A stretch of 33,477 nucleotides of DNA from an uncultured archaeon (GTDB lineage: Archaea; Aenigmatarchaeota; Aenigmatarchaeia; CAYQNF01): contig CAYQNF010000004.1 in NCBI GenBank assembly GCA_964418905.1, positions 1-33,477 of the forward strand. The letters are read 5' to 3'. The notes below the pieces were generated by a model. It searched no databases. It was not told where the DNA came from and saw only the letters and a program-made list of their open reading frames with translations. The first letter of the stretch is position 1. Every line of letters starts with the position of its first letter. Positions 8,599 to 17,262 of the stretch are shown here, piece by piece. The position numbers and the translations under genes were made by a program.

Positions 8599-9156
8599 AT
8601 GTTAAACAAACTAAGCGAAAAAGAGAAAGGTTATATCATAGGACTTTTCATAGGAGATGGTTACTCAAACTACCACAAGAATAGTAGACATTATAGAGTA
8701 AACTTCTATCTCAATTCAAAAAAAGACAAGGATGTAATAAACAAAATAACATATACCCTAGAAAAGATAGGACTTAATGTCTATTTCTACAAAGACAAGA
8801 GATCAAATACTGGAATAGTTAGAGTGAGCTCTAAGAATTTTATGAATACAATGGAAAATGAAGTTAATAACATAGACTCGTTGGGTGATACATCTGAGGA
8901 ATTTAAAATAGGACTGTTATCGGGATTTATAGACGCAGAAGGTTATGTAAACAACGGAGAAATCCAATTAACTCAAAAAGACAAAAATACTTTATTATTA
9001 TTCAAGAAAATAGCAGACGAGTTTGATATATCAAGAAAGTTCTGGTCTGCTAAGAACTATAAAGGTTCTGGATCAATTTGGCGCTTTAGGGTATCAACTA
9101 AGTTTAAATATCTCCCGCACAATTCTTGTAAAGTCAGGAGACAATATTCAACGTAG
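8599..9156 (+). CDS. Free-standing double-motif LAGLIDADG homing endonuclease
   Basis: 185 aa with two LAGLIDADG motifs (YIIGLFIGDGY and LLSGFIDAEGYV) about 100 aa apart. It is not embedded in an intron or intein. The stop TAG (9154-9156) overlaps the first 2 nt of the tRNA-iMet gene. Confidence 0.85.
   Translation: MLNKLSEKEKGYIIGLFIGDGYSNYHKNSRHYRVNFYLNSKKDKDVINKITYTLEKIGLNVYFYKDKRSNTGIVRVSSKNFMNTMENEVNNIDSLGDTSEEFKIGLLSGFIDAEGYVNNGEIQLTQKDKNTLLLFKKIADEFDISRKFWSAKNYKGSGSIWRFRVSTKFKYLPHNSCKVRRQYST
9103..9110 (+). promoter_or_regulatory. Consensus TATA box (TTTAAATA) for tRNA-iMet, inside the LAGLIDADG ORF
   Basis: AAGTTTAAATATC lies about 49 nt upstream of the mature tRNA 5' end. This implies a 5' leader of roughly 20-25 nt to be removed by RNase P. 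Confidence 0.4.
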
Positions 9157-9264
9157 CGGGGTGGGGCAAGGTCCGTATGTTTAATCATTGGACCCCCGAA
9201 GCCTGGAGTGCCCGCGAGGCTCATAACCTCGAGGCCAGTCGTTCAAATCGACTCCCCGCTACCA
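9155..9264 (+). tRNA. Initiator tRNA-Met(CAU) with a non-canonical intron of about 31-33 nt in the D-loop and encoded CCA
   Basis: AGCGGGG-TG-GGGC-[42-nt D-loop region AAGGTCCGTATGTTTAATCATTGGACCCCCGAAGCCTGGAGT]-GCCC-G-CGAGG-CTCATAA-CCTCG-AGGCC-AGTCG-TTCAAAT-CGACT-CCCCGCT-A-CCA. The A1:U72 pair and AGCGGGG acceptor are the archaeal initiator hallmark. The insert contains a GGTCC...GGACC hairpin. Removing about 31 nt leaves a normal AAGCCTGGAGT D-loop. Confidence 0.85.
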
Positions 9265-9371
9265 TCATTTTCTAAAAAATTAAACAAATATACACAATTT
9301 ATGGTTCAGACCAAACAAATAAACTTTTTATAAGGAATAAAATTCTAGTTTTTTGTATAGGTGAACACTAA

Positions 9372-9647
9372 ATGGCAGAACTATTATCTGGAAGTCTTGG
9401 ACTCGGTCTAGGGCTACTATTGGCATTAGTGTTTGCTAGCTATTCAAAGCTAAAAGGCTTGGATAAACAACTACATTGGGTAGCAGCTGGTGGTCTATTT
9501 TTCTTAATAGATGCAGCTCTAACTGACGGTCTAGGAACGCTTCTTCAAGGAGCAGCCGGACCTCTTTCCCAGTTGTTTACAGGTCTAGGAGCTTTATTTG
9601 TGCTTGTTGGAGCTCTTTGGGCTTCAGGTAAGCTTCTAAAGGTTTAA
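9372..9647 (+). CDS. Small Gly/Leu/Ala-rich integral membrane protein
   Basis: 91 aa with about 3 hydrophobic helices. AGGTGA lies 7 nt upstream of the ATG. A palindromic terminator follows. The gene is visibly more GC-rich than its neighbours. Confidence 0.6.
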   Translation: MAELLSGSLGLGLGLLLALVFASYSKLKGLDKQLHWVAAGGLFFLIDAALTDGLGTLLQGAAGPLSQLFTGLGALFVLVGALWASGKLLKV

Positions 9648-9659
9648 TCTTATTAGGCC

Positions 9660-9706
9660 TTGCTAGCTAGCAAACAACCCTCTTTCTTTTTTTATTTTTA
9701 TTTCTT
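9660..9706. terminator. Perfect 14-bp palindrome TTGCTAGCTAGCAA plus T-rich tract (bidirectional terminator candidate)
   Basis: The palindrome is at 9660-9673, followed by CCCTCTTTCTTTTTTTATTTTTATTTCTT. It is the only convergent junction in the window that has a real spacer. Confidence 0.5.
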
Positions 9707-9715
9707 AGGAAATAA

Positions 9716-10117
9716 TTACATATCGTCCCTATCAGAAGGTTCAATATATTTGTCTAGAATATTTCTAACTCCTCCTTTTGGATTTTTCATATCTCCTTCA
9801 TATCTAGGAATTATGTGAACATGTAAATGATCTATACTTCTCCCCGCAGCTCTTCCATCGTTAATACCTATGTTATACCCATCCGGATTGAACCTCTCGT
9901 CTAGTTTATTCTTAACTTCTTTAATGAATTCGTAAAGCCCTGAAACGTATTCTGAGTCCATATCAAAAAACGAGACTATATGTCTTGTTGGGATAACAAT
10001 ACAATGGCCCTTACTAACAGGAGCTAGATCAAGAAATGCATGAAAATCTTCATCTTCCAAGATATTGTCCTTTATTTGGTTCTCTATTAATTTACAGAAT
10101 CTGCAATTATTTGACAT
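9716..10117 (-). CDS. HIT family (histidine triad) nucleotide hydrolase/transferase
   Basis: 133 aa. It has an N-terminal C-x-F-C and the histidine triad HLHVHIIPR. Confidence 0.88.
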   Translation of the reverse strand: MSNNCRFCKLIENQIKDNILEDEDFHAFLDLAPVSKGHCIVIPTRHIVSFFDMDSEYVSGLYEFIKEVKNKLDERFNPDGYNIGINDGRAAGRSIDHLHVHIIPRYEGDMKNPKGGVRNILDKYIEPSDRDDM

Positions 10118-10137
10118 ACTAAAAATAATTTTCGAAT

Positions 10138-10992
10138 TTATTTAACTCTTTCAACAGCTAAATCTAGGCATACTTTCCAGACACGAGAAGCATATTGACT
10201 CATCTTTCTTCCCTCATACATTTTTATCTCATATCCAGATCTTTTAGCAGAGGAAACTACCTTTCCTACACTTTCATCAAAAAGTGTCTCTTCTGCCTCT
10301 GTATTATAAAAATTAATAACTCCTTTGTCTTTCAGGACAAGAAAGGCCTCATCTAAAAATTGGTGGGCATGGACCCCCAAAGGCATTACAACTCTATCAA
10401 ATTTATCTTCAAAATCCTCAGAAACTTCTTTAACATCGCCAAGAACGGCGCTCGCGTTATCTATCTTATTCAGTTCTATATTCTTCTTCATGTAGTCAAC
10501 TGCATCCGGATTTATCTCAATACCGGTAACACTTCCAGGATTAGAATTCTTTGATATGACTACAACATAAGGCCCGCATCCTGCAAAGAAAACGCATACA
10601 TCCTCTCCGTCCTTTATTTGCTCTGCTATTAATATCCTCTCGGTTCCTTCTCTAGGAGAGAAAAAAACTTTCTGTGGATCCAATAAGAATTTGCATCCAC
10701 TTTCTTTATGCAATACTTCAGTATCTTTTTCCCCTTTTATAATTTCATAATCTCTAAGTCTGAACTCTTCTTTTCTATCGCTCAGTTCTCTAAGAACTGT
10801 ATTAACATTCTTATGATTGCTCATTATAGCATCTGCTATAGTTTCTTTTTTCTCTTCTAATGAGTCAGGGATCTCTATTATAGCAACAGCCCCTTCTCTG
10901 CTCCCTATAACATCGTAACTAGTAATCAAATCTTCCAGTTCTTTCTTTGTCAAATCCTTTTCCAATAACTCTTTTAATGTTGCCATACTCAA
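10138..10992 (-). CDS. Class I SAM-dependent tRNA methyltransferase/aminocarboxypropyltransferase of the Trm5/Taw2 (Met-10+) family
   Basis: 284 aa. FSPREGTER, a SAM-binding FAGCGPY motif and DRVVMPL (in place of the NLP motif) occur in the Trm5/Tyw2 order. I cannot distinguish Trm5 from Taw2 by eye. Confidence 0.7.
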   Translation of the reverse strand: MSMATLKELLEKDLTKKELEDLITSYDVIGSREGAVAIIEIPDSLEEKKETIADAIMSNHKNVNTVLRELSDRKEEFRLRDYEIIKGEKDTEVLHKESGCKFLLDPQKVFFSPREGTERILIAEQIKDGEDVCVFFAGCGPYVVVISKNSNPGSVTGIEINPDAVDYMKKNIELNKIDNASAVLGDVKEVSEDFEDKFDRVVMPLGVHAHQFLDEAFLVLKDKGVINFYNTEAEETLFDESVGKVVSSAKRSGYEIKMYEGRKMSQYASRVWKVCLDLAVERVK

Positions 10993-11068
10993 TAATGAGT
11001 ACCGATAAGATTAAATACTATAACGTCAAGCGATTTTTAGGATGAGTACAAACTAGGGGGACTATAAA

Positions 11069-11338
11069 ATGGCATTCGTATGTAAAAAATGTGGTTATAA
11101 ACAAGAAGATCCTGGACTTTGCCCGCAAGACGATGAAAAACTTATAGCAGAAGCACTCAAAGAAGATGTTGTTCCGGAAGACATTGAAAGCGACTTTGTA
11201 GAAGACTTTGATGAAGAAGATGAAGAGGTCGACGAAGACGAAGAGGATGAAGAAGAGGATTTAGAGGATTTCGCAGACGATGACGGAGAAATATTGGAAG
11301 AATTAGAGGAAGAGGAAGAAAACGGATACGGACTTTAA
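11069..11338 (+). CDS. Small protein with Cys-containing N-terminus and hyperacidic tail
   Basis: 89 aa. The N-terminus is MAFVCKKCGYKQEDPGLCPQDD (only 3 Cys). About 55 residues follow that are nearly all D/E, ending ...EEEEENGYGL. An AGGGGGA SD-like motif lies upstream. Confidence 0.55.
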   Translation: MAFVCKKCGYKQEDPGLCPQDDEKLIAEALKEDVVPEDIESDFVEDFDEEDEEVDEDEEDEEEDLEDFADDDGEILEELEEEEENGYGL

Positions 11339-11351
11339 AAAGTGATTGTAT

Positions 11352-12038
11352 ATGTTATTTTTGGTAGGCCTTGGACTTTATGATGAGAAAGATATAACAT
11401 TCAGGGGAATAGACACTGCCAAAAATAGTGATTTTGTTTATGCAGAAACTTACACATCAGACTGGAAGGGTTCTTTCCAGAAATTAGAAAAAATGATTAA
11501 CAAGGATATAGAATTACTAGATAGATCAGGAATGGAAGAAGATGCTGGAGAATTAATAGAACAGGCAAAGGATAATGACGTTTGCATCTTCATACCAGGA
11601 GATCCCCTAGTGGCAACTACTCATTCTTCTTTAATGGTAGAGGCAAAGGATAATGATGTACCTGTAAAAATTGTACATGCTTCATCCATATATTCCGCAA
11701 TAGCGGAAACCGGATTACATATCTACAAATTCGGGAAAACTGTATCTTTACCATCAAGTGGATTAACAGAATCAATAATAGATGGAATAAATGAAAATAA
11801 TGAAAGAGGGTTACACACTCTAGTTTTATGTGATATAGGACTTCCTTTCAAAGACGCAATCGATCTAATGAAAGACGAAATAGAAGATGAAAAAGTTGTT
11901 ATATTAAGCCAAGTAGGATCTGAAAACTCAAAACTTCAATACGATAACGTAGAAAACTTAGATATGGACATAGAACCACCATATGTTATAATAATTCCAG
12001 GTAATTTACATTTCAGTGAGGAAGATATGCTTGAGTGA
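11352..12038 (+). CDS. dphB: Diphthine synthase
   Basis: MLFLVGLGLYDEKDITFRGI..., PGDPLVATTH and the tetrapyrrole-methylase fold pattern. I chose the ATG at 11352 (GTGAT 5 nt upstream) over the track's TTG at 11346. At 228 aa it is somewhat short for the family. Confidence 0.88.
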   Translation: MLFLVGLGLYDEKDITFRGIDTAKNSDFVYAETYTSDWKGSFQKLEKMINKDIELLDRSGMEEDAGELIEQAKDNDVCIFIPGDPLVATTHSSLMVEAKDNDVPVKIVHASSIYSAIAETGLHIYKFGKTVSLPSSGLTESIIDGINENNERGLHTLVLCDIGLPFKDAIDLMKDEIEDEKVVILSQVGSENSKLQYDNVENLDMDIEPPYVIIIPGNLHFSEEDMLE

Positions 12039-12270
12039 GACTAAAGACAAATTGATTGAAGAAACCGATAAATGGTTAGAAAAACTTAAAGTGGAAATTC
12101 CTGGCATAGATCCTGAAAATAAAAAAGAGGAAGAGGCTCTGGAAAACATAAACGCTTACATAGAAGATTCTGATTACTTTAGACAAAAAGAAGACCATGT
12201 TCGTGCATTTGAAGCATGTATATGGGCATGGGCAGTTTATGAAATGATTTTCAAATTTATTAAAGAATAA
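12016..12270 (+). CDS. DUF357-like small archaeal protein
   Basis: The pattern INAYIEDSDYFRQKEDHVRAFEACIWAWAVYE resembles the DUF357 helical hairpin. It overlaps the dphB 3' end. The start could be the TTG at 12031. Confidence 0.55.
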   Translation: MRKICLSETKDKLIEETDKWLEKLKVEIPGIDPENKKEEEALENINAYIEDSDYFRQKEDHVRAFEACIWAWAVYEMIFKFIKE

Positions 12271-12294
12271 AAGTTTATTTCTCCCTCTTGTTTT

Positions 12295-12888
12295 ATGGTA
12301 AACAACATACAGACAATGAAGAGAGTAAGAAGGTTATTTTTGGAGAGTGTTAACTCTTTACAAGAAAAATTAGATTCTTTGGATTCTCCAAGAGTTATAG
12401 AAGAACCTATTAGAGATTATTTAAGAAGTGCTGCTATAAGCTTAAATCACGGAGGCCCGGGCCATTTACTAAAGGACGGATCCTCTAAAGAAAATTTATT
12501 TGAAAGGGGTTTATTTTCAGAATTACAAAACGAAGACGTAATACTCGAAAGGGATCACTACGATGCTATATTTTATACCAGCAAATGGAAAGAGTTAAGC
12601 GATGAACCAAAATGGGTTTACAAGGCAAAAAGAATAGTAAAGGATCCTAGTTTTATGCCTCAAGATTTTGGGACCAAAGAAGCATTGATTCTAAAAATAG
12701 ACATAATATTGAATTCCATGTATAGGTCTAGAGAGCTTGTGAGATATATAGTATATGCAAATGAAGGCAGGGAAGAAAAACCATATGGCTATGACTTTCT
12801 AGGTACCGTAAGGCCAGAAGAATTTAAGATATGGTCGGAAAGAGCAGAAAAATTCTTTGAAGATCAAGCAGAAAGATGGGATTTATAA
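12295..12888 (+). CDS. Hypothetical protein
   Basis: 197-aa ORF with ordinary, non-repetitive composition. No family recognised. Confidence 0.5.
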   Translation: MVNNIQTMKRVRRLFLESVNSLQEKLDSLDSPRVIEEPIRDYLRSAAISLNHGGPGHLLKDGSSKENLFERGLFSELQNEDVILERDHYDAIFYTSKWKELSDEPKWVYKAKRIVKDPSFMPQDFGTKEALILKIDIILNSMYRSRELVRYIVYANEGREEKPYGYDFLGTVRPEEFKIWSERAEKFFEDQAERWDL

Positions 12889-12889
12889 C

Positions 12890-13672
12890 CTAAAAATCAA
12901 TTTCTTCGGAACCGTTCCAGAGCGTCTCCCAATAATGGGAAAATGTTTTAACCAGTCCTTTGTTCTTGGAATGAACTCCTACATAATTTGTTCTTCCGTT
13001 TGCGTTATACTCCATTCTATACAGACACTCTTTTCCATCCACAATTAATATTGTAAGAGGGATTTCATCTGGATAGGTTTTTAAATCCATATATTTCCCG
13101 TAAAACATGACTCTACTGACATTATCCTGGCCTATTTTTGTCACCCCTTTAAAATCAACTTCTCTTTCAGTGGCATCATTTAGCATTTTATCTATCAAAG
13201 GATGTCTAGAAAATCTAGGACTTACCGCAAGCACTTGCTCCTTACTTCTCGATACCATTTCGGCCATCTTTTCATGGAAAGCTCTTCTACCGTCCACGGT
13301 CCATATTATATCATCCTTATTAACAAGAACTTCATTTTCTTTTCTTAAGTTGTCTGATATTCTTTTGAATTCTTCAGCATCTTCCTCTAGCCTACTTATT
13401 CTATTTTTCTCCTTTTCTATAATCTCATCAATAACATTCTCAATAGGTCTAGCTTTGTACATTTTAGGGGAACCCGGATATTCCTCAAGCATACCTTCTT
13501 TAGTTAGATACCTTAAAGTATCATAAATTTTACTTTTTGGTATTCCCGAAGCCTTAGCCGTTTCAGAAGCAGACATGACCCCTCTCAAGCCAAGGGCTAG
13601 ATAAGCTTTAGATTGATAACCAGTAAATCCAAAATCCTTTAACTTTTCAACCAATTTCTTTGGAAGTGACAT
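12890..13672 (-). CDS. TrmB-family transcriptional regulator
   Basis: 260 aa. It has an N-terminal wHTH (FGFTGYQSKAYLALGLRGVMSASETAKASGIPKSKIYDTLRYLTKEGMLEE), a coiled-coil linker, and a C-terminal TrmB-type effector domain. Confidence 0.8.
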   Translation of the reverse strand: MSLPKKLVEKLKDFGFTGYQSKAYLALGLRGVMSASETAKASGIPKSKIYDTLRYLTKEGMLEEYPGSPKMYKARPIENVIDEIIEKEKNRISRLEEDAEEFKRISDNLRKENEVLVNKDDIIWTVDGRRAFHEKMAEMVSRSKEQVLAVSPRFSRHPLIDKMLNDATEREVDFKGVTKIGQDNVSRVMFYGKYMDLKTYPDEIPLTILIVDGKECLYRMEYNANGRTNYVGVHSKNKGLVKTFSHYWETLWNGSEEIDF

Positions 13673-13779
13673 ACTTTAAAAAGCAAATAAAAGGTTATAA
13701 GCTTTTCTTTTTTATGAAAATTCTAAACATTCGTTAAAATAATATAAATCACAAATTGACACTATAAGTAGGTACTTCT

Positions 13780-16248
13780 ATGGTAAAAATTGAGAAATTG
13801 ATCTTACATGGATTCAAATCATTTAGAAAGAAAACTGAACTCCCCTTTCCGGAAGGTTTTAATGTAGTTGCAGGACCAAACGGTTCCGGTAAAAGTAATA
13901 TAGTAGACGCTATGACTTTCGTTCTTGGTACTCTGAGTACTAAATCTCTACGTGCCGATAGATTAAACGAACTGGTTTATCATGGACATAAACAAAAAAG
14001 ACCTTCCAAGTTCGCAAAAGTTTCTCTCTATTTAGATAATGAAAGCGGGAAAATACCAACAGAAGACGATACGATAAAAGTTACAAGAAAGGTAAACAAA
14101 AAAGGTAACTCCGTCTATAAAATCAATGGTAAGATTGAAACCAGGAATAAAATTTTAGATCTTCTTTCATCTGCCAACGTTTTCCCAGATGGACACAACA
14201 TCATAATGCAGGGAGACATTACAAGAATTATAGAAATGAGTCCTGAACAAAGAAGAGAAATGATTGACGAAATATCCGGAATAGCTGATTACGATGATAA
14301 AAAAGTAAAAGCAGAAAAGGAATTGGAAAAAGTTGAAACAAGATTATCTGAGTTTGAAATTATAGTAAACGAAAGAGAAGAGATTCTAAACAAACTAAAG
14401 AAAGAGAGAGACGCCGCGATAAAATATGAAAAATTATCAAAAGAATTAAAGAAATTAAAAGCATCCTATTTGAAATCCAATATAGAAAAATACGAAAATG
14501 ACTTTGAGACCCTAGGAAAAGAGATAGAAGAAAAAACCAAATCCGTAGAGGAATTGCAAAATACTGTAGATGAAGCAGAAGACAAAATGGACAATATAGA
14601 GAAAAGAAACAGAGAGTTAAGCAACAAAATATTCGACTCTGCTAAAGACACAGAACTTATGAGAAAGCACGAAGAAGTAAAAAATGATATAATCAGAACT
14701 CAAGATAAAATAAAATTCAGTAGAAAAGAAATAGAAAGAATTGATCAAACAATAGAAAGACTACAAGAATTGAGCCACGGTGGCGGTAAGGCCGTTGAAA
14801 CGATTTTGGGTCTAAATAGGTCCGGTGTATACGGAACTGTTTCTCAACTAATCTCATTTGACGCAGAGCATTCAACTGCTCTAGAAGTTTGTGCAGGAGG
14901 ACATCTTTCAGATATAATAGTAAAAGATGATAGATTAGCACAAGAATGTATAAAGTACCTTAAGAGGGAAAAAATAGGAAGAGCTACATTTTTACCATTA
15001 AACAAAATAAAAGAAAGAAATCCTAGAGATTATGATTTAAGAAAGAAAGACGGTGCAATAGGCTGGGCTATAGAGCTTATTGATTTTGACAAAAAATATA
15101 TGTCCGCTCTTAAACATGTCTTCGGCAGTACATTGGTCGTAGAAGATATAGAAGCTGCCAGGAGGATAGGAATCGGGAAAACAAGAATGGTAACATTATC
15201 CGGAGATTTGATAGAAACCTCTGGGGCTATGATAGGTGGTCATTATAGAAAGAAAAAGCAAATGGACACGAAATCAGAAGTAAAGAAGAAAAAGGAGTTA
15301 GAAAATGACATAAACTCCCTACAAAACAAGCTTCAAGAATTAGAAAAGAAAGAAAAAGAGCTTTCTGATAAATTAGGAAACAAATCAAAAGATGTTCTAG
15401 ACCTAGAAAAACAAAGAAATACCCAAGACAAGGAATATGAAAAACTGAGAACCGAAAGGAAAAAGAACTATGAAAGGATGCTTAGAGAAAGAGAGAGACT
15501 CGGTAAAATAAAAATGGAAAGGGCTAAAGTGGAAGCCAAACTAGATAATTTCAAAGCAGAATTCCAAGATTACAAGGATCAAGAATCATTCTACAGAAGA
15601 GAAATACAAGAACTGGAAAAACAGGTGAGAGAAACTACAGAAGAGATAAACAAACTAGGCCCAATAAACCAGAAAGCTGTCGAAGAGTATGATATAATAA
15701 GAAATGAATTCACCGAGCTAAGCAAGAAATTTTACAAATTAAAAGAAGAGAGAATGGCAGTTCAAGAAATGATTGACGAAATTGAAACAAAGAGAAGGAA
15801 CACATTCATGAAAACTTTCAATGAAGTAAGAGACGAATTTGGGAGAATATTTGGGATAGCCACAGGAGGTACAGGAAATCTTGAATTAGAAGATTCCGAT
15901 GATATAACATCCGGGCTTCTGATAAGAGCAAACCCTGAAGGCAAATCTCTAATAAACATGGATTCTTTATCAGGAGGAGAAAAAACGATGGTTGCACTTT
16001 CATTCTTATTTTCATTGCAAAAAGTAAGACCGGCCCCATTTTATATTCTAGATGAAATTGATGCCGCTTTAGATAAGTCAAATACTGAAAAGATTGTAAA
16101 ATTAGTTCAAGAACTCAGTAAAGATGCACAATATGTAGTAATATCCCACAACGACCACACGATAAGTAACGCTGATCGTGTAGTTGGAGTAACAATGGCA
16201 GGTGGGGAATCCAAGATTCTTGGAGTAGAGTTAGCAAAGAGTAATTAA
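13780..16248 (+). CDS. smc: SMC chromosome segregation ATPase, short-arm form (822 aa)
   Basis: It has Walker A (GPNGSGKSN), QGDITRIIEMSPEQRREMIDEISG, a hinge (about aa 345-487, VYGTVSQLISFD...ATFLPLN...VTLSGDLIETSGAMIGG), the signature LSGGEKT and Walker B (FYILDEIDAALD). scpA and scpB lie downstream. Confidence 0.9.
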   Translation: MVKIEKLILHGFKSFRKKTELPFPEGFNVVAGPNGSGKSNIVDAMTFVLGTLSTKSLRADRLNELVYHGHKQKRPSKFAKVSLYLDNESGKIPTEDDTIKVTRKVNKKGNSVYKINGKIETRNKILDLLSSANVFPDGHNIIMQGDITRIIEMSPEQRREMIDEISGIADYDDKKVKAEKELEKVETRLSEFEIIVNEREEILNKLKKERDAAIKYEKLSKELKKLKASYLKSNIEKYENDFETLGKEIEEKTKSVEELQNTVDEAEDKMDNIEKRNRELSNKIFDSAKDTELMRKHEEVKNDIIRTQDKIKFSRKEIERIDQTIERLQELSHGGGKAVETILGLNRSGVYGTVSQLISFDAEHSTALEVCAGGHLSDIIVKDDRLAQECIKYLKREKIGRATFLPLNKIKERNPRDYDLRKKDGAIGWAIELIDFDKKYMSALKHVFGSTLVVEDIEAARRIGIGKTRMVTLSGDLIETSGAMIGGHYRKKKQMDTKSEVKKKKELENDINSLQNKLQELEKKEKELSDKLGNKSKDVLDLEKQRNTQDKEYEKLRTERKKNYERMLRERERLGKIKMERAKVEAKLDNFKAEFQDYKDQESFYRREIQELEKQVRETTEEINKLGPINQKAVEEYDIIRNEFTELSKKFYKLKEERMAVQEMIDEIETKRRNTFMKTFNEVRDEFGRIFGIATGGTGNLELEDSDDITSGLLIRANPEGKSLINMDSLSGGEKTMVALSFLFSLQKVRPAPFYILDEIDAALDKSNTEKIVKLVQELSKDAQYVVISHNDHTISNADRVVGVTMAGGESKILGVELAKSN

Positions 16249-16478
16249 TTTCCGATAAACTCAAAACGAGGTACTTCTTCGCCGTCGACTTCTACATTTT
16301 CCAGGAACATGTCCTTAGGTCTTACCCATATCTGGTCTTTTCCAAAATCTTCACTTTCGTACAATGCTATGTAAACGACAAGCTCTTCCAGAGTCTCGCT
16401 GTGTCTAGCAACTCCTATGACTTCATAATCCTTTCCTTTGTAATGTCTATATTTTCCCTTTCTTACTTCTTCTGACAT
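16245..16478 (-). CDS. DUF1653 family protein
   Basis: 77 aa. The pattern YRHYKGKDYEVIGVARHSETLEELVVYIALY...WVRPKDMF matches DUF1653. Confidence 0.7.
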   Translation of the reverse strand: MSEEVRKGKYRHYKGKDYEVIGVARHSETLEELVVYIALYESEDFGKDQIWVRPKDMFLENVEVDGEEVPRFEFIGN

Positions 16479-16536
16479 AGTCTATATTACACATAACAAT
16501 ATTTAACTTCTAAACATAATTCTTATAGTGATATAA

Positions 16537-17262
16537 TTGAATGAAGAGCAAATTCTAGAGTCCATAATAAAAGAATATTCATGGGAAACTGTACTTTATA
16601 ATATAGTCATAGCAGAGGACATGGACCCATGGGATATAGATATAGTGAAATTAGCAAACGCTTTTGCTAAATATATGAAGAAATTAAAGGAAATGGACTT
16701 TAGAATACCCGCAAAGGTAATATTAACCGCTTCAGTTTTCCTAAGAATGAAATCAGAAGCCCTAAAAATAGAAGAGGAAGAAAAGAAAGAGAGGAAAAAG
16801 AAAGACGAAGAGCCTCTAGATGTATCAGACGTTCCCGATATAGACAAACCGGCAAAAAGGAAACCCGTTAGAAAAGTTACCCTAAACGAACTAGTAAGTG
16901 CTCTGGAAAAGGCCTTTGAAGTGAAAGAAAAAAGGGATGTAAGAAGAAACACCGAACAGACCGTAATAGAAGTAGAAGAAGACAATATACACGAAAGGAT
17001 AGAAGATTTATACAATGAAATTATAGATTATATAGAAGAAAAGAGAGGGAAAAAAATACCATATTCTAAGTTAGTACAACAAGATGACTCTATGAAAGTA
17101 GTTAAGTCTTTCCTACCTTTGCTGCATTTAATGCAGGAAGGTAAAATAGACGCGGAGCAAGAAGAATTATACAAGGAAATTTATATTCATCTAAAGAACA
17201 AAAACGACGACGAAGAGGACAATGATTATGACGACGAAGGAAGAGAAGAAGAAACTGATTGA
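16537..17262 (+). CDS. scpA: Segregation and condensation protein A (kleisin)
   Basis: 241 aa. It has the N-terminal ScpA pattern (DPWDIDIVKLANAFAKYMK...VILTASVFLRMKSEAL), an acidic/basic linker, and a C-terminal winged-helix segment (FLPLLHLMQEGKI). It has a TTG start. Confidence 0.8.
   Translation: MNEEQILESIIKEYSWETVLYNIVIAEDMDPWDIDIVKLANAFAKYMKKLKEMDFRIPAKVILTASVFLRMKSEALKIEEEEKKERKKKDEEPLDVSDVPDIDKPAKRKPVRKVTLNELVSALEKAFEVKEKRDVRRNTEQTVIEVEEDNIHERIEDLYNEIIDYIEEKRGKKIPYSKLVQQDDSMKVVKSFLPLLHLMQEGKIDAEQEELYKEIYIHLKNKNDDEEDNDYDDEGREEETD

Noticed and set aside
10998-11049. The 8-nt direct repeat ATGAGTAC (10998-11005 and 11042-11049) in the trm5/acidic-protein intergenic region.
   Set aside because: It is a short repeat in a 76-nt AT-rich divergent promoter. 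It could easily occur by chance, and there is no dyad symmetry or further copies.
13780-16248. The 822-aa SMC-like protein as Rad50, given its short length.
   Set aside because: The central region is a globular SMC hinge (about 140 aa ending ...SGAMIGG), not a CxxC zinc hook. scpA and scpB follow immediately, and no mre11 is adjacent.
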